64,000 nucleotides of DNA from Octopus vulgaris. Taxonomy: Eukaryota. Under the pieces are notes generated by a model. It was not told the origin of the DNA, ran no database searches, and saw nothing but the letters and a program-made list of their open reading frames with translations. A program made the translations under genes and the position numbers. The stretch's first letter is position 1. Each line of letters begins with the position of its first letter. The stretch is taken from positions 7,192,001 through 7,256,000 of the forward strand of contig OX597828.1 in NCBI GenBank assembly GCA_951406725.2. The letters are read 5' to 3'. Below are positions 1-14,047 of the stretch, piece after piece.

Positions 1-330
1 TAAACATTATACTTAGTGTTTACATTATACAATCAGTAATTCTAACCGCGTAACAACGACGTCTGTAACCAATCCAGATAAAGTAAATCTAGGCTTTTCA
101 CTAATTCAGGGTCAATTGACCTTTATCCAGCTATTGTTTAAGTGCATTCGTGTTGTGTGGGTGTATGTTTAAACCTCTCTTTCTCTCTCTCTCTCTCTTT
201 TACTCTTTCTCCCTCTCGCTTTCTCTTTATGTGTACTATATATATATATAAGTACACGCACATACACACACCACACACATACACACACACATATATATAT
301 TGATATATAGATCGATAGACAGTGAGTGTA

Positions 331-370
<40 letters not shown>

Positions 371-373
<3 letters not shown>

Positions 374-569
374 TTTTATTCTTTTACTTATTTCAGTCAT
401 TTGACTGCGGCCATGCTGGAGCACCGCCTTAAAGGGCTTTTTAGCTGAAGAAAGCGACCCCAGGACATATTCTTTCTAAGCCTAGTACTTATTCTACCGG
501 CCTCTAAGTTATGGGAACATAAACACACCAACATCAGTGGGGACCAAACGCAAGCACAAAGACATACAC
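371..569 (-). mobile_element. SINE family A, 3' part
   Basis: Carries the family-A 3' module 'tttcagtcatttgactgcggccatgctggagcaccgcc', seen in about 20 copies in this window. Confidence 0.85.
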
Positions 570-870
<301 letters not shown>

Positions 871-892
871 GATACAAGTTCACACATAGATA

Positions 893-2010
893 TGTTTCTT
901 TATTAGCCACACAGGGCTGCACACAGACAGAACAAATTACAAGGTAGAGCTTTTCTTTTGGGGGTAAAAAAAAGGGGGTTGGTTTTCGATCAAAAGGGAT
1001 CGTAAAAGGAAAGAAAGAGGACAAAAAAAGGGAGGATTTAAAAAAAGGGGGAGAGGAAAAAAAGAAAAGGGGAGAGGAAAAAAAGTTGATCAATAGGGAT
1101 CGTAATCACAGAAATGTCAATATGAAGTGTAAAGGGGAGGACAGGTGAGGTTTACCCGTGGAAGGAAAAGCCTACGGAAAAGACCACGGTAACCTCGGTC
1201 AATGAAGTCACATGTTATATTTCTTTTTTTTTTTTTTTTGCAAATAAGCAACTCTCTGTATTAATTTTTACGGTTCATAGAATCATAGTCAAGGTGGCTT
1301 CGTCATTCATACGTGCCATCCTTGCTACATTCACCCATCTTTTTTAAAACATTCACTAGACAAAACTTGCCTCTCTACTCTCACTTTCCTCTTCAAGTGA
1401 TACTTGAAGAAGTTGATGAGAGATTGACCAGAGAGGAAAGTGTTTGTCTCTAATCCTTTCAGGCGCGTCCACCAGATACATTCTTTCGCCATAGCCACAA
1501 GTATGATAAAAATAGCTCTTCCTTCCCGTTTGAAGGAAGGAGGCGTGACGATATTAACGATAGACTCGGCTGATAAACCGACACGTCCTACACGTGACAG
1601 CAGTCGTTCGACGTAAGCCCACAGGTCGGAAATTGCTGGACACTGCACGATTGCGTGCAGAGCGGTTTCGTCGCTCTGCCCGCATCTCGGGGAGGTCGAC
1701 CCCGTGTTTCACGAGCCATGCCTATAGAGCTTATCCCGAACGGGTAGCGCTTCTCGGTAGCCCCGCCAGGCCAGGGATCTCTGGAAGTTGTCCATAGGTC
1801 CCGGGCCGAAAGTCGTTTGAAACAGGCGGGTCAGGTATTCCTCGTCGACGCCCAGGTTTGCCCCGAGATCGTCGTCGTACCTCCCTTCCACTAATCCCCT
1901 ATAGAATGCTTTGGTTGCGTTGAAGTCACTCAAGGTCGACCCGGGACGGCAGAGTTGCTTGAGAGCAACGCGACACTCGCGGTGCCATTCGCCCTTCCTC
2001 GGCCTCTTTT
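893..2010 (-). mobile_element. 5'-truncated L1/Tx1-clade non-LTR retrotransposon (ORF2 C-terminus plus 3' UTR)
   Basis: ORFs 1709-2608 and 1331-1648 are the same frame, split by one TGA: ...[45 protein letters not shown]...ECIWWTR. This is the zf-RVT CxxC-H-C motif (first Cys mutated to Ser) followed by the 'IW..R' motif. The pyrimidine-rich 3' UTR ends AATAAAGAAACA. Confidence 0.88.
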
Positions 2011-2011
2011 T

Positions 2012-2077
<66 letters not shown>

Positions 2078-2086
2078 CAGACTGAC

Positions 2087-2137
<51 letters not shown>

Positions 2138-2146
2138 CAGACTGAC

Positions 2147-2217
<71 letters not shown>

Positions 2218-2222
2218 CTGAC

Positions 2223-2256
<34 letters not shown>

Positions 2257-2278
2257 CTAGATAGATAGACAGACTGAC

Positions 2279-2335
<57 letters not shown>

Positions 2336-2540
2336 CATAGATACATAGATACATACATACATACATACATACATACAAACATACATACATACGTTATCGA
2401 GTATGGTCATTGCACGAAGCTTAACTGTTATTGGTACAGTGATCGAATGTGACACATACATACATACGTACGTACATACATACATGCATACATACATACA
2501 TACATACATACATACATACACACACATACATACATACAAT
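2011..2540. repeat. (GATA)n then (CATA)n microsatellites
   Basis: Seen directly. Interrupted at about 2392-2450 by a fragment also present at 29505-29537. Confidence 0.95.
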
Positions 2541-2845
2541 GTTTGCGTACGTGTGCACGTGCATGTACATGCATGCGTCATGCACATGCATCGCTTTATC
2601 TTTAACATGTATGATGTGTGCGTTGCATTCTAAGGGTGCCCGAAAAAGGTAAAGCACTCAACGTAAAATTCCATGACGACGCAATGCAGGCATGTATTAT
2701 CGTGGGTGGCATATCTCTGAAGATAGGCGCCTATCGTTGCCCCATCTGTGCAGAAGGAGTGTAGGTCCCTTGCAAAACTGAAAGCCGCATACTTGCTGCA
2801 TTAAGAAAACAAGAGAAGCGATGGAATTGCTCGAAACTGAGTTGC

Positions 2846-2888
<43 letters not shown>

Positions 2889-2893
2889 TTCAT

Positions 2894-2929
<36 letters not shown>

Positions 2930-2932
<3 letters not shown>

Positions 2933-3272
2933 AATAAACTGAGACAACAAAAACGAAGGCTGTGTGGAGTTTATAAGATATTTGCAAAGAGAAAGTTAGG
3001 CTTACAGCTATTTCTGGGACATTAGGGATATCCCTTCATCAGAGACGACATGAGAACGTTAACTGGGGGGAGGGGATGATTGAGCTCAATATAAGGAGTT
3101 ATTTTGGAAAAGGATGAATATGGGAAATATAAAGGGAAATAAGAGAATAAAAATAAAGATATATGTAGGATGTTACAGTTGCTGTTCCATTATCCGAGGA
3201 AAGTACTGTGTAGAATGGGTAGGAATGCGTTCTTGTCCCTGGTATGTAGATTCCAATAGGAGTACATATTTT
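2930..3272 (-). mobile_element. Penelope-like relic with minimal hammerhead ribozyme motif (2999-3046)
   Basis: Minus strand reads gtct-CTGATGA-agggata...tgtccca-GAAA-tagctg-TA-agcc. The island is bounded by microsatellites. Confidence 0.6.
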
Positions 3273-3273
3273 G

Positions 3274-3326
<53 letters not shown>

Positions 3327-3327
<1 letters not shown>

Positions 3328-3660
3328 CTTTTATTCTTTTACTGTTTCTTGTTTCAGTCTTTTGACTGCGGCCATGCTATAGCACCGCCTTAAAGAGTTT
3401 TTAGTCGATGAAGTCGACCCCAGAACTTATTCTTTGTAAGCCTTGGACTTATTCTGCCGGACGCTTTTGCCGAACCGTTAAGTTACGGGGACGTAAACAC
3501 ACCAGCATCGGTTGTCAAGCAATGATGGGAAGACAAACATAGATACACACACACACATATACGACAGGTTTTTAGTCGAACGAATCGGCCCCAGGACTTA
3601 TCTTTTAAGCCTAGTATTTATTCCATCGGTGTGTTTTGCCGAACCGCTTATTTATAGGGT
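3327..3660 (-). mobile_element. SINE family A, two adjacent partial copies
   Basis: Family-A 3' module, followed by a second 'tttagtcgaa...gccgaaccgct' segment from about 3570. Confidence 0.8.
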
Positions 3661-3661
3661 T

Positions 3662-3900
3662 GTATCACGGTTTATATATTGACCAGACTATCAGATGTTG
3701 TTACATATCGCTGGTTACAATGCGTTTTGCATTGTTTTAACTTTCGACTGATGCTACCCCACTAGTTAGGCGAGCAGGCCAGCATATAGTCCAGTGATCA
3801 GAAGTCTATTCCGTCACAGGGTTACCTGTTTACGGCTAAATGGACTGGGACAGCATCAAATGAAGTGTTTTGCTCAAAACCACCGTCAGGGCAATACCCC
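3662..3900 (-). mobile_element. Diverged SINE with the same tail as 16128-16245
   Basis: 'gaccagactatcagatgttgttacatatcgctgg...gagcaggcc' is the reverse complement of 16128-16235. Confidence 0.65.
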
Positions 3901-4605
3901 AACCTCTAGTCCACGCGCCTTCGTGCGCACAGAAACGCAGGCACATACACACGTACACACGCACGCACACTCACACATACATGAATATATAGAAAGCTTA
4001 CCCTGCATCAACTACGAAACCTTTCAGCATCGTTTGTATCGCCTGAATCTATTCGGATGAACACGTGCGGTATTTTGTAAAGAAAAGAAGCAAAACCAAA
4101 CCAAACCAAAACGTCCGTTTATCTCAATATGTATTGATAAAAGGAAGGGGAAATGGGTCATATCTTTTAGTGTGCTTCGTTTTCATTGCATTGTGTAACA
4201 AAAGATCCCCTTAATTTGACTCATCGATATTAATCACGAATTTAGACAGGCTCAGATTCAGAATGTTTGTTGGCGACATTTGTTTTACAGTATATTTTAA
4301 AATATATAAAAAAGACATTTTACCTAAAATTGAGTCGGTGGGTGGGAGCCGTATATTTGACATTTCTAGCATAAAGGATTCAGGTTTTTAACAATAGATG
4401 CATAGTGCTATGTAAGTGGGGGCATGTATTTTGTAACTGTTTCGACTGTAAGCATTTCGATAGTCGATCAAAACACACAATTATACCTCTACCTCTTATG
4501 ATATAGAAGTGTGTTGTCTGTAACTCGGTAATCTTTAATGATATAGCTCTCTAGTAGACTCTATGCATGCATACATTACATACATTCAAATATTCATACA
4601 TATAT

Positions 4606-5026
<421 letters not shown>

Positions 5027-5646
5027 TTCGTATATACACATATGAAAACTGTGACTAAGTCGCTGAAAAATAAAGAAAACCTCCATATATATACAGTGTA
5101 TATATATAGAATGTTCGAAATGAGGAATAGATAGTCAAACGATAACTGATAAAGGGTCCTTTCTCTGTGTTTACGTCCTCTCCCGTCAGCCACCACCAAA
5201 ACAAATCATATACAGACTTTAACAGCTGATAACATTCTTAATTTTTATTTCTTTTTACATTTGACCTATTAGAGATAACAATGGAAGCCAAATTAAGCTT
5301 TGAATAAAAACATGTTACCATATTGTGCTACAGGAAGTTTGAAACACTTGAAAATGCAAAGCAAGCGTAGGAGAGAATTCCGAAGGAATTCACCTTCGTG
5401 ACTTACCATCACTGGAATTAGGGATAAATTTAAGAAGACAGAACTGTTCAGAATGTACTTAAGAAACGTTTCGGAGGAGCACGAACGTCGACGAGCACGT
5501 AAGCGAGAAAGGGCACTAGAAGCATGTTGCCAGATCTCAAAAAAAAACAACTTATCCGCCAAGCGAGTAGTGAGAAAGGATTTGCAAAACCAAGCGTGCT
5601 TTGCATTTTGAAGCGTTGTTTTTGGAACAAGAACATTCCAAAATAA

Positions 5647-5865
5647 CTTTACTTACTTTTACTTTTACTAGTTTCAGTCATTTGACTGCGGCCATGCTGG
5701 AGCACCGCCTTTAGTCGAGCAAATCGACCCCGGGACTTATTTTTTGTAAGCCTAGTACTTATTCTATCGATCTCTTTTTGCCGAACCGCTAAGTGACGGG
5801 GACGTAAACACACCAGCATCGGTTGTCAAGCAATGCTAAGGGAACAAACACAGACACACAAACAT

Positions 5866-5912
<47 letters not shown>

Positions 5913-6075
5913 CGACAGGCTTCTTTCAGTTTCCGTATACCAAATCCACTCACAAGGCATTGGTCGGTCCGGGGCTATAGTAGAAGACACTTGCCCAAGG
6001 TGCCACGCAGTGGGACTGAATCCGGAACCATGTGGTTGGTTAGCAAGCTACTTACCACACAGCCACTCCCGCGCC
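5647..6075 (-). mobile_element. SINE family A, full length
   Basis: tRNA-like head (ggcgcgggagtggctgtgtggtaag...ggttccggattcagtccc), CORE-like 'accttgggcaagt', internal microsatellite and AGTAAA-repeat tail. Confidence 0.92.
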
Positions 6076-6494
6076 TAAGTTCATGTTCTCGATGGAAAAG
6101 AGTGTACTTGGAAATTATATGGCTCAGATGCGATGATGATACATTTAAAATAAATGGCTTGTTTAATCGCTATACTTACACCTAACGAGGACCTGAGAAT
6201 CTGCGTATTGCGTAGGAGCATCATGTCAGTTTACCAAGGGTTACAGTATGGTACAGCTTAGCATCAAAGGATAACTTGAACCATTCTTCTTTGACGATAC
6301 TCTAAGTGATCCTATTACTGGAATTTGTTGTGACGATCTGGCATGCTAAGCATTCAATAACACTTTGAAAATGTGGAGTTTTTTTTTTTCCAGCAAGATG
6401 GGACAGCCCCACACTACCATAGTAATGTAAGGGCGTACTTTGATGAGCTTTTGCCAATTAGGTAGATTGAGCGAAGAGGTTCAGTAGAATATTC

Positions 6495-6887
6495 GGATCT
6501 TTTCAGTTTGAACGGCAGTTTTTTCTAGCGGTGTCATATGAAATTGTCACCCATAATTATGACCCTAGTATCGATCTATTGCATTTCAATCTGTTTTAGG
6601 GTTAGGGTTAGTTAGAGTTAGGGGTGGGAGGAAGGGTATCTTTTTTCTTCAGAAATGTAAATAAACCCAATCTGTTTCTTAAACGAGGGACATATTCATA
6701 CGACACAGAATGTTTTAACCTCAATAGACGTCATTAATTGGTTAAAATTGCAGAAATTGAAGAAAAAACAACAAATATCTTACAGAAAGAAAGTTTTATA
6801 TACACTTTCTACCAGTATACGAAGTTTAAAAGTGTTTAGTTACGTGGAAATTATTTAAAAAAACTGCCGTTCAAACCGAAAAGATCC
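6495..6887. mobile_element. MITE with about 30-bp TIRs and 8-bp TSD (Merlin-like)
   Basis: TIRs ggatcttttcagtttgaacggcagtttttt (6495-6524) and aaaaaactgccgttcaaaccgaaaagatcc (6858-6887). TSD gaatattc at 6487-6494 and 6888-6895. GG...CC termini with an 8-bp TSD fit Merlin/IS1016; the superfamily call is inference. Confidence 0.88.
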
Positions 6888-7069
6888 GAATATTCTCCAC
6901 GTTCACAGGATCTCATTCTTTAAAAAAAAAAAGAAATACTTGAAAGATAAAACTTATGGCACAAATCTAGCAACAGCCGACAAACTAAGGGTGCTAGTGA
7001 ACGGGATTGCACACAATTACTAAAAGAAATACATCTTGATAGTTGCTATTCCATTGCTACGAATTATCA

Positions 7070-7449
7070 GCGGTTGTGTGGTAGGTAGCTTGGTCCCGGG
7101 TTCAGTCCCACTGCGTGGCACCTTGGGCAAGCCTCGGGCCGACTAAAGCCTTGTGAGTGGATTTGGGAGACGGAAACTGAAAGAAGCTCGTCGTGTATAT
7201 GTATATATATATATATATGTGTGTGTGTGTCTGTGTTTGTGTGTCTGTGTTTGTTCCCCCAACATCGCTTGACAACCGATGCTGGTGTGTTTACGTCCCC
7301 GTAATTTAGCGGTTCGGCAAAAGAGACCGATAGATTAAGTACTAGGCTTAGAAAGAATAAGCCCTGGGGCCGATTTGCTTGACTAAAAGGCGGTGCTCCA
7401 GCATGGCCGCAGTCAAATGACTGAAACAAGTAAAAGAGTAAAGAGTAGA
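7070..7449 (+). mobile_element. SINE family A, near full length
   Basis: Head, body and tail match the other family-A copies. Confidence 0.9.
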
Positions 7450-8438
7450 GTGCTTGAACCAATTTGAAAACAGGAGTTTGTAAAAAAGATGAAATTCTGT
7501 CAGTAAATTCAATCAGATTTTAAAACTAAAACGTATTCTGATAAACAATGACTTTATAATCATTCAGTGAGTGAATACATTTTTGGCGACTCCCTGTGTA
7601 TAATATTGGTTTTTGTATGCTTTCGCTGATATACGTATCTAGACAGAGTAAACGTCCTTCACCCATATCTAACCCGCGAACTTATGCAATGCTCCTATCT
7701 ATAATAATATCCAGTACTCTGGTACTGTAGTTAACGATCTTTTTGAAAAATGCTGTGAAATTTCCATACTCTCATTCCACTCCCATCCGTGTTTGTGGGT
7801 TGTGTTTCTATGTATAGGCGCTAGTGTAGTGTGCATGTGCGCTGTGTTATTTTTGTGTGTGTTTGTGTTATTTTTGTGTGCGTTTGAGCGTTGTGCTTTA
7901 GCGTAGGTTTGCTTGTGTCTTGTGCTTTTCTACCGATGTCTGCTTCTGTGTTCTGTTTCCGCATATCTATGAATTTGTGCTCGTATTTCGACTGTGTGTG
8001 TGTCTGAAGGATTCAATGTGTTTAGCAGCCGAGGGAAATTTTTTTTGTATGCATTTCTCTATGCATTTGTGTATGTGTATCTTAGAGCGTGTGATAATTC
8101 GGTTGGTGGTGTGAGGAACCTCTACGTGTGTGCACGCGTGCGAATGTGTCTGTTTGTGTGCGTGTACATATATGTACGTTTGTACATGTGTATACGTGTG
8201 TGTATATGTATGTATGTCGATATCACATTCATTCATTCCTGTCAAAATTGCGAACATTCACATTTATTTCTTCTCTCTATCCCATCTTTTATGTTATGTC
8301 CGATATATAACCGTTCGTGTGTGTGTGTGTCTGCATCTACAAGTGTATATTTGAATGAACCTATACGCATATATATATATATATATATTTATACATCCAC
8401 ATTCATACACTTCGAATATGACTCTATGTATACATATG

Positions 8439-8532
<94 letters not shown>

Positions 8533-8579
8533 ATATAATATAATATAATATAATATAATATAATATATATATAAATATA

Positions 8580-8637
8580 AGGTGGTGCTCCAGCATGGCC
8601 GCAGTCAGATGACTGAAACAAGTAAAAGAATAAAAGT
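8580..8637 (+). mobile_element. SINE family A, 3' fragment
   Basis: ggtggtgctccagcatggccgcagtcagatgactgaaacaagtaaaag. Confidence 0.8.
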
Positions 8638-8707
8638 ATACACACATTCACGCACATATGCATATGAATAGATGTGTATGTGTGTATGAGAGAGTGAGTT
8701 TGTGTGT

Positions 8708-8782
<75 letters not shown>

Positions 8783-8897
8783 CGTGTGTGTGTACGAAAG
8801 GGTTCGGACTACTAAGGCGTCGGTCGAAGAAAAGTGGATTATTCACAATTCCCTAATAGATCTACTTTTTGCGCACTAAAGACTAATTATATCACAG

Positions 8898-8965
<68 letters not shown>

Positions 8966-8997
8966 CACACACACGTACATAATACACATATATTTAA

Positions 8998-9028
<31 letters not shown>

Positions 9029-9374
9029 TATGAACATATATACATGTGTGTGTGTTTGTGTGTGTGTGTGTTCCCATCTGTGTGTAATAGAGATAGTGTA
9101 GTAGAATATACAATCTATTCGTAAAAATCACAAATGCTTCCTTCGTTTCTAGTGCGGAGTTCAAATCCTGCTGGTGGACCTGGATTTTAATAAGAATTAC
9201 AACATACATAATATAATCCGTTTTCTTCTCCTGTATCACTCCAACCCTTGCTGTGGGCCCCTAATGAAAGCCCTTAAAGATTTGTCTCCTTGATACACTG
9301 ACATACATTTGTAGGAACAAAGTATAGATAATTGAATCGATCCAGTATACAACTGGTTCTTAACACGGATTATT

Positions 9375-9510
9375 AGCGGCGATTTGGCATAGTTGCTCGA
9401 ACGTTGGATAAAATGCTCTGCCGTATTCATTCCGGTTGCTTACGTTCTAAGTTCGAACCACGGCCGAGGTAAACTTTTCCTTTCATCCATCCGGGATCAA
9501 TAAATATAAC
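9375..9510 (+). mobile_element. SINE family B, diverged
   Basis: Head 'gcggcgatttggca', then 'tacgttctaagttcgaa...gccgaggt...cctttcatcc'. Confidence 0.65.
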
Positions 9511-10026
9511 AGCAATAAATCTTTTTATATAACTGCGATACATCTTTCTCTCATTGTTTCACTTTCGGAACGGCTACGTTGAACTGTGTGGGTGGTTGTA
9601 AAAGATTTTGTATAAAGGGCCACTCGTAGCGTCCTTCCTGCTAGAAACCTCTTAACGTTTGAGCGACAGCCTAGCGACGTCTCAAAGATAAAGAAAACAA
9701 GAAAAAAAGGATGAAGAAAATCGATAAGGTACTGGAACTGTTTAAGAACAGACCGATGTATACAACAGCACGGAACGGAAATAAGAAGTAAAAATATCAC
9801 AGACTATTACATATAATATGCCCTCCCCTCAACATACTTTTTTTAAGACGGTAGGGTGGTTTTGACTGCTATTTCTAATCGGGCATGCAACCATGTAGAG
9901 GTTCATAGTTGTTATTATTTTTGTTGTTGTTGTTGTTGTGGTTATTGTTGCTGTCATTGTTTGTCACAAATCTCTGAAAGAACAGGCCTGTGACAAGAGG
10001 CGTTCCAGGTATGACTATCACGTGTT

Positions 10027-10070
10027 TTCTTCTTCTTCTTCTTCTTCTTCTTCTTCTTCTTCTTCTTCTT

Positions 10071-10165
<95 letters not shown>

Positions 10166-10195
10166 TATTATTATTGTTGTTGTTGTTGTTATTAT
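10027..10195. repeat. Compound trinucleotide (TTC)n(ATT)n(GTT)n
   Basis: Seen directly in the sequence. Confidence 0.97.
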
Positions 10196-11003
10196 TTTGC
10201 GATTGCATTATTCAATGTTGTGATTTGAGGTAGATTTTGGCTGTTAATTTTAGCAAGACCAGCCTACCTCCTACCAGCTCCCTAATAACCTCTCTCTATT
10301 GTAGTTTTGACTTAGCATACATACAACTGTCTCGAAAGAGTCGTGATGGTCACGGCTGGGATGCTTTTGATCACATGTTTTTTTTCTTTTTACATACAAA
10401 ACCAACAAATATAATACGTGCATACATATACATACACATACATACACACATACATACATACATACATACATACACACATACATACATACATACATACATA
10501 CATACATACATACATACATACATACATACATACATACATACATACATACATACATACATACATACATACATTTGTGTGTGTGTGTGTGTGTGTGTGTGTG
10601 GACATTCCAACGAAGTGCTTATAAGTAGTCACTCAACCTGCTAGAAATAATAGCCAAATTGCCCCCAAACGACATCTTACTATCCTTTTTTTTAACAAAA
10701 AGATTAAAAAAATGAAAAAGGATGATAGCCGACCAGGATATGAAGTCTGCGAAATGCACACTGTTGCTGAAAATAAGACGGGATGGTCATGCTTGGAATA
10801 TCTTTGATCATAGATTTGTCCGAGCTGTTACACTTAACTTCCTCCTCATCAGCGGTTATTACCGTGAGGTAGGAGGGCGTCGTGTAAATTCTATACCAGT
10901 AATAAACCCGGGTCAATCAATCAGCTAATAAACCGCATACTAAATGTTATTGTTTCATATTAATGAATAGTTTTATTATCTCTCCTTCTTAATCTTTCTC
11001 TGT

Positions 11004-11039
<36 letters not shown>

Positions 11040-11395
11040 TCCTTCTTTCTTTATTTCCTTCTTTCTTTCTTTCCTTCTTTCTTTCTTTCTTTCTTTCCTT
11101 CTTTCTCTCCTTCTTTCCTTCTTTCCTTCTTGCTTTCTTTCTTTCCTTCTTTCTCTCTTTCTTTCTTTCTTTCTCTATTGTTCATTTGTGTATATGTACA
11201 CTGATTGATGTTTGTGTGTCTACATGCGTATTCATATGTTTATATGAGTATATATATATATATATATGTATACATATGCATATAACATATATATACATAT
11301 ATATATATTCATATGTATGTATGTATGTGTTTACACACATATCATGGCTAGACGAATAAACAAAATAGATAAACAGACAGACTGACAGACAGACC

Positions 11396-11567
<172 letters not shown>

Positions 11568-12006
11568 AAGAGAGAGAGAGAGCATGGTTGTGCACTTAAG
11601 AATTCCGCTTCGCAAACACTGGTCTCATGTTCGGCCTCACTTCGTGGCAAATTGGGTAAAATGACTTTATTAAATTTTTGTTCTACGGTGCCATATTTTA
11701 CAATCCTGTATAATAATAATAATAGTATTTTTATACCGCCTTAAAGCTTATGGCGATCACCGTGCAATGACTAAGGGAAATAGTGTAATATATATGTATA
11801 CACACACACACACACACACATTTATTTATATATATAAATGTATGTGTGTGTGTGCCCCACCGGCTCTTGACGACCGGCGTTGGCGGGATCGATTCGAGCG
11901 ACCATAAACCCTTCATAGCGATTCCCCAGCCTGGTCGCGGTCCAATGACTAAATCAAGTAAAATTTATATATATATACACATACATACATACACACACAC
12001 ATACAT

Positions 12007-12086
<80 letters not shown>

Positions 12087-12444
12087 TCCCAGACGTGATG
12101 AAAGCAATTTTAGCCAGGAACGGCTCGTCTTTTTAGTACTCAGCCCGTTTTATAAGAGATTAGAGAGATATTTGAGTGAGATATAGTTGCTATATCTAAC
12201 AGTTAGTAGAACCTCCCTTGTGAGTCCATAATCTATGTTATATTAGTAGCCAATGACAATTAGAGAAGACATCAACCACGGTATCCAATAAAAGGCCTCT
12301 TTCTATTATAAGAAATAATGAATTGCAGAACAGTTACAATAAATCCGTTGTGTAAGTGTATATGTGTGTGTGTATGTCCAACCGCAACAAGTGCATTTAA
12401 CACTCTCTCGCATTCAGTGGTTTCCGGATTCTTGTTTTTTTTTT

Positions 12445-12600
12445 TTTTTTACTTGTTTCAGTCATTTGACTGTGGCCATGCTGGAGCACCACCTTTAATC
12501 GAGCAAATCGACTCCAGGACTTATTCTGGGGTCGATGTAATTCAGTTACGCCGTCCCTCGAAATTGCTGGCTTTGTGCTGGAATTTGAAACCAATATTCT
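12445..12600. mobile_element. Fused SINE fragments: family A 3' end (minus) joined to family B tail (plus)
   Basis: A-module 12445-12525, then 'ctggggtcgatgtaat...aaattgctggctttgtgc'. Confidence 0.65.
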
Positions 12601-12702
12601 AAGATTATTTTGCGAACAGAAACTGTTGCTATGCGAGTGACTCACGGGCCTAAAATATAATACAAAGACCCTTTTATACCCACACACGCATATATATATA
12701 TA

Positions 12703-13720
12703 TGGTGTCTGCTCTGTCTTCACAGATGATTGCCGTCTCTCTGAGCTTTCTCGTTCTTAATGGCATTTCTGATCTTCTGTCTATGACCTCTCACATGACT
12801 TTTCAACCACGCTGCAGGCCTACACGGATCGAAGCATATGCGATAGACGAAAGCCGTAGTTTTCATTGGATCGGTCGGGTTACTTTGTGAGATATGATTC
12901 TTGTGAACCGCTATATGTCTCTTCAGACCCGAAATCGACTAGAAAGCCCTTTCACACACTGCACACACCGAATGACCCGGTCTAAGAGGAAAGACGTTTC
13001 ATACATTTGATCTTTCATGTTGGCTTTTATGCAGTCATTATACTTTTATCGTAGTTTTGCGATGAGGATGCTGTCCAGAGCTTACTGCACAACAGTTGTT
13101 TTGGAATCCTATTATCTTCCATGTGGAGGTGCAATGGCCCTGTGGTTAGGGCAGCGGACTCGCGGTCGGAGGATCGCGGCTTCGATTCCCAGGCCGGGCG
13201 TTGTGTGTGTTTAGTGAGCGAAAATACCTAAAACCTCCACGAGGCTCCAGCAGGGGTGGGTGGCAATCCCTGCTGTACTCTTTCGCCACAACTTTCTCTC
13301 ACTCTGTCTGCCTGTTTCTTGAGTAACGCTGCGACGGACTGGCGTCCCGTCCAGCTGGGGGTAATACATGCGCCACAGAAACCGGGAAACCGGGCCCATG
13401 AGCCTGGCTTGGCTTGAAAAGGGCGAAAGAAGAAGAAGAAGATTATCTTCCATACGTTCAGCATGGCTTGACCAACGTATCTGAGTAGATATGAGGAGTG
13501 ACCAGATGCTTCTGCATCCCGCTTTTGCAAGGACTTCTGTGTCAGAGCATTTACTTTGCCAATTAATGTTGATTATATGTTTCAAACACGTTTTGATGAA
13601 AGCGCTCAAAAACAGCTTGAGATGTCTACGGTGTTCAGAAGAGTTACAATAAAGCCGTTAATACCTACGCTTTGTAAATGCTTAGCTTGGTCTTGTTGGT
13701 AACATGATTTGCCACACTCT
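12703..13720 (-). mobile_element. RTE-clade LINE 3' fragment with C-terminal C2H2 fingers, interrupted by a SINE
   Basis: Minus strand reads CLKHIININWQSK.SDTEVLAKAG...QIRWSSHAERMEDN / RIPKQLL across the SINE, then CAVCERAF*SISGLKRHIAVH and FVYRICFDPCRPAAWLKSHVRGH. RTE-like 3' end runs into (TA)n. Confidence 0.82.
13123..13441 (+). mobile_element. SINE family C (tRNA-derived), tail variant 1
   Basis: Head ggaggtgcaatggccctgtggttagggcagcggactcg...ttcgattccc; (AAG)n tail; 12-bp TSD attatcttccat at 13111-13122 and 13442-13453. Confidence 0.9.
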
Positions 13721-13960
13721 CTTTCCAATCTTTCCAAATGATGCACACACACACACATACACACACACACACACACACACTCGCGCACGCACGCACGCAC
13801 GCACACACTCAGAAACACGTACGTGCACGCCCATCCATATGTATAGAGCCCAAAATTTAATTATCAGTAGCTCTTTCAGTTGTGTCGCTCTCTGGCCGTG
13901 TATTTGTGTGTGTATGTATACGTGTGCGTGTGTGTGTATGTGTGTGTGTATGTGTGTGCG

Positions 13961-14038
<78 letters not shown>

Positions 14039-14047
14039 CGTTCGTTT

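Larger units (their letters stand above)
5290..7600 (+). pseudogene. Degenerate Tc1/mariner-superfamily transposase (DUF4817-like N-terminus), interrupted by three younger insertions
   Basis: Fragments in order: RREFRRNSPS*LTITGIRDKFKKT (about 5367-5440); IIW..DDDTFKING (about 6115-6160); FQQDGTAPHY (about 6388-6417); RRGSVEY / SPRSQDL (joined across the MITE); YLKDKTYG. Tc1-like end 'ggcgactccctgtgta' at about 7585-7600. Left TIR not found. Confidence 0.72.

Noticed and set aside
1709-2608. 299-aa protein-coding gene
   Set aside because: The N-terminal two-thirds is microsatellite; only about 1709-2010 is real and it belongs to a dead LINE ORF2.
2705-2745. CTGAAGA followed by the palindrome gataggcgcctatc
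   Set aside because: There is no GAAA or cleavage strand; a short palindrome is compatible with chance.
5823-6185. Recurrent ORFs such as '[22 protein letters not shown]' suggesting a gene family
   Set aside because: They are antisense translations of SINE family A.
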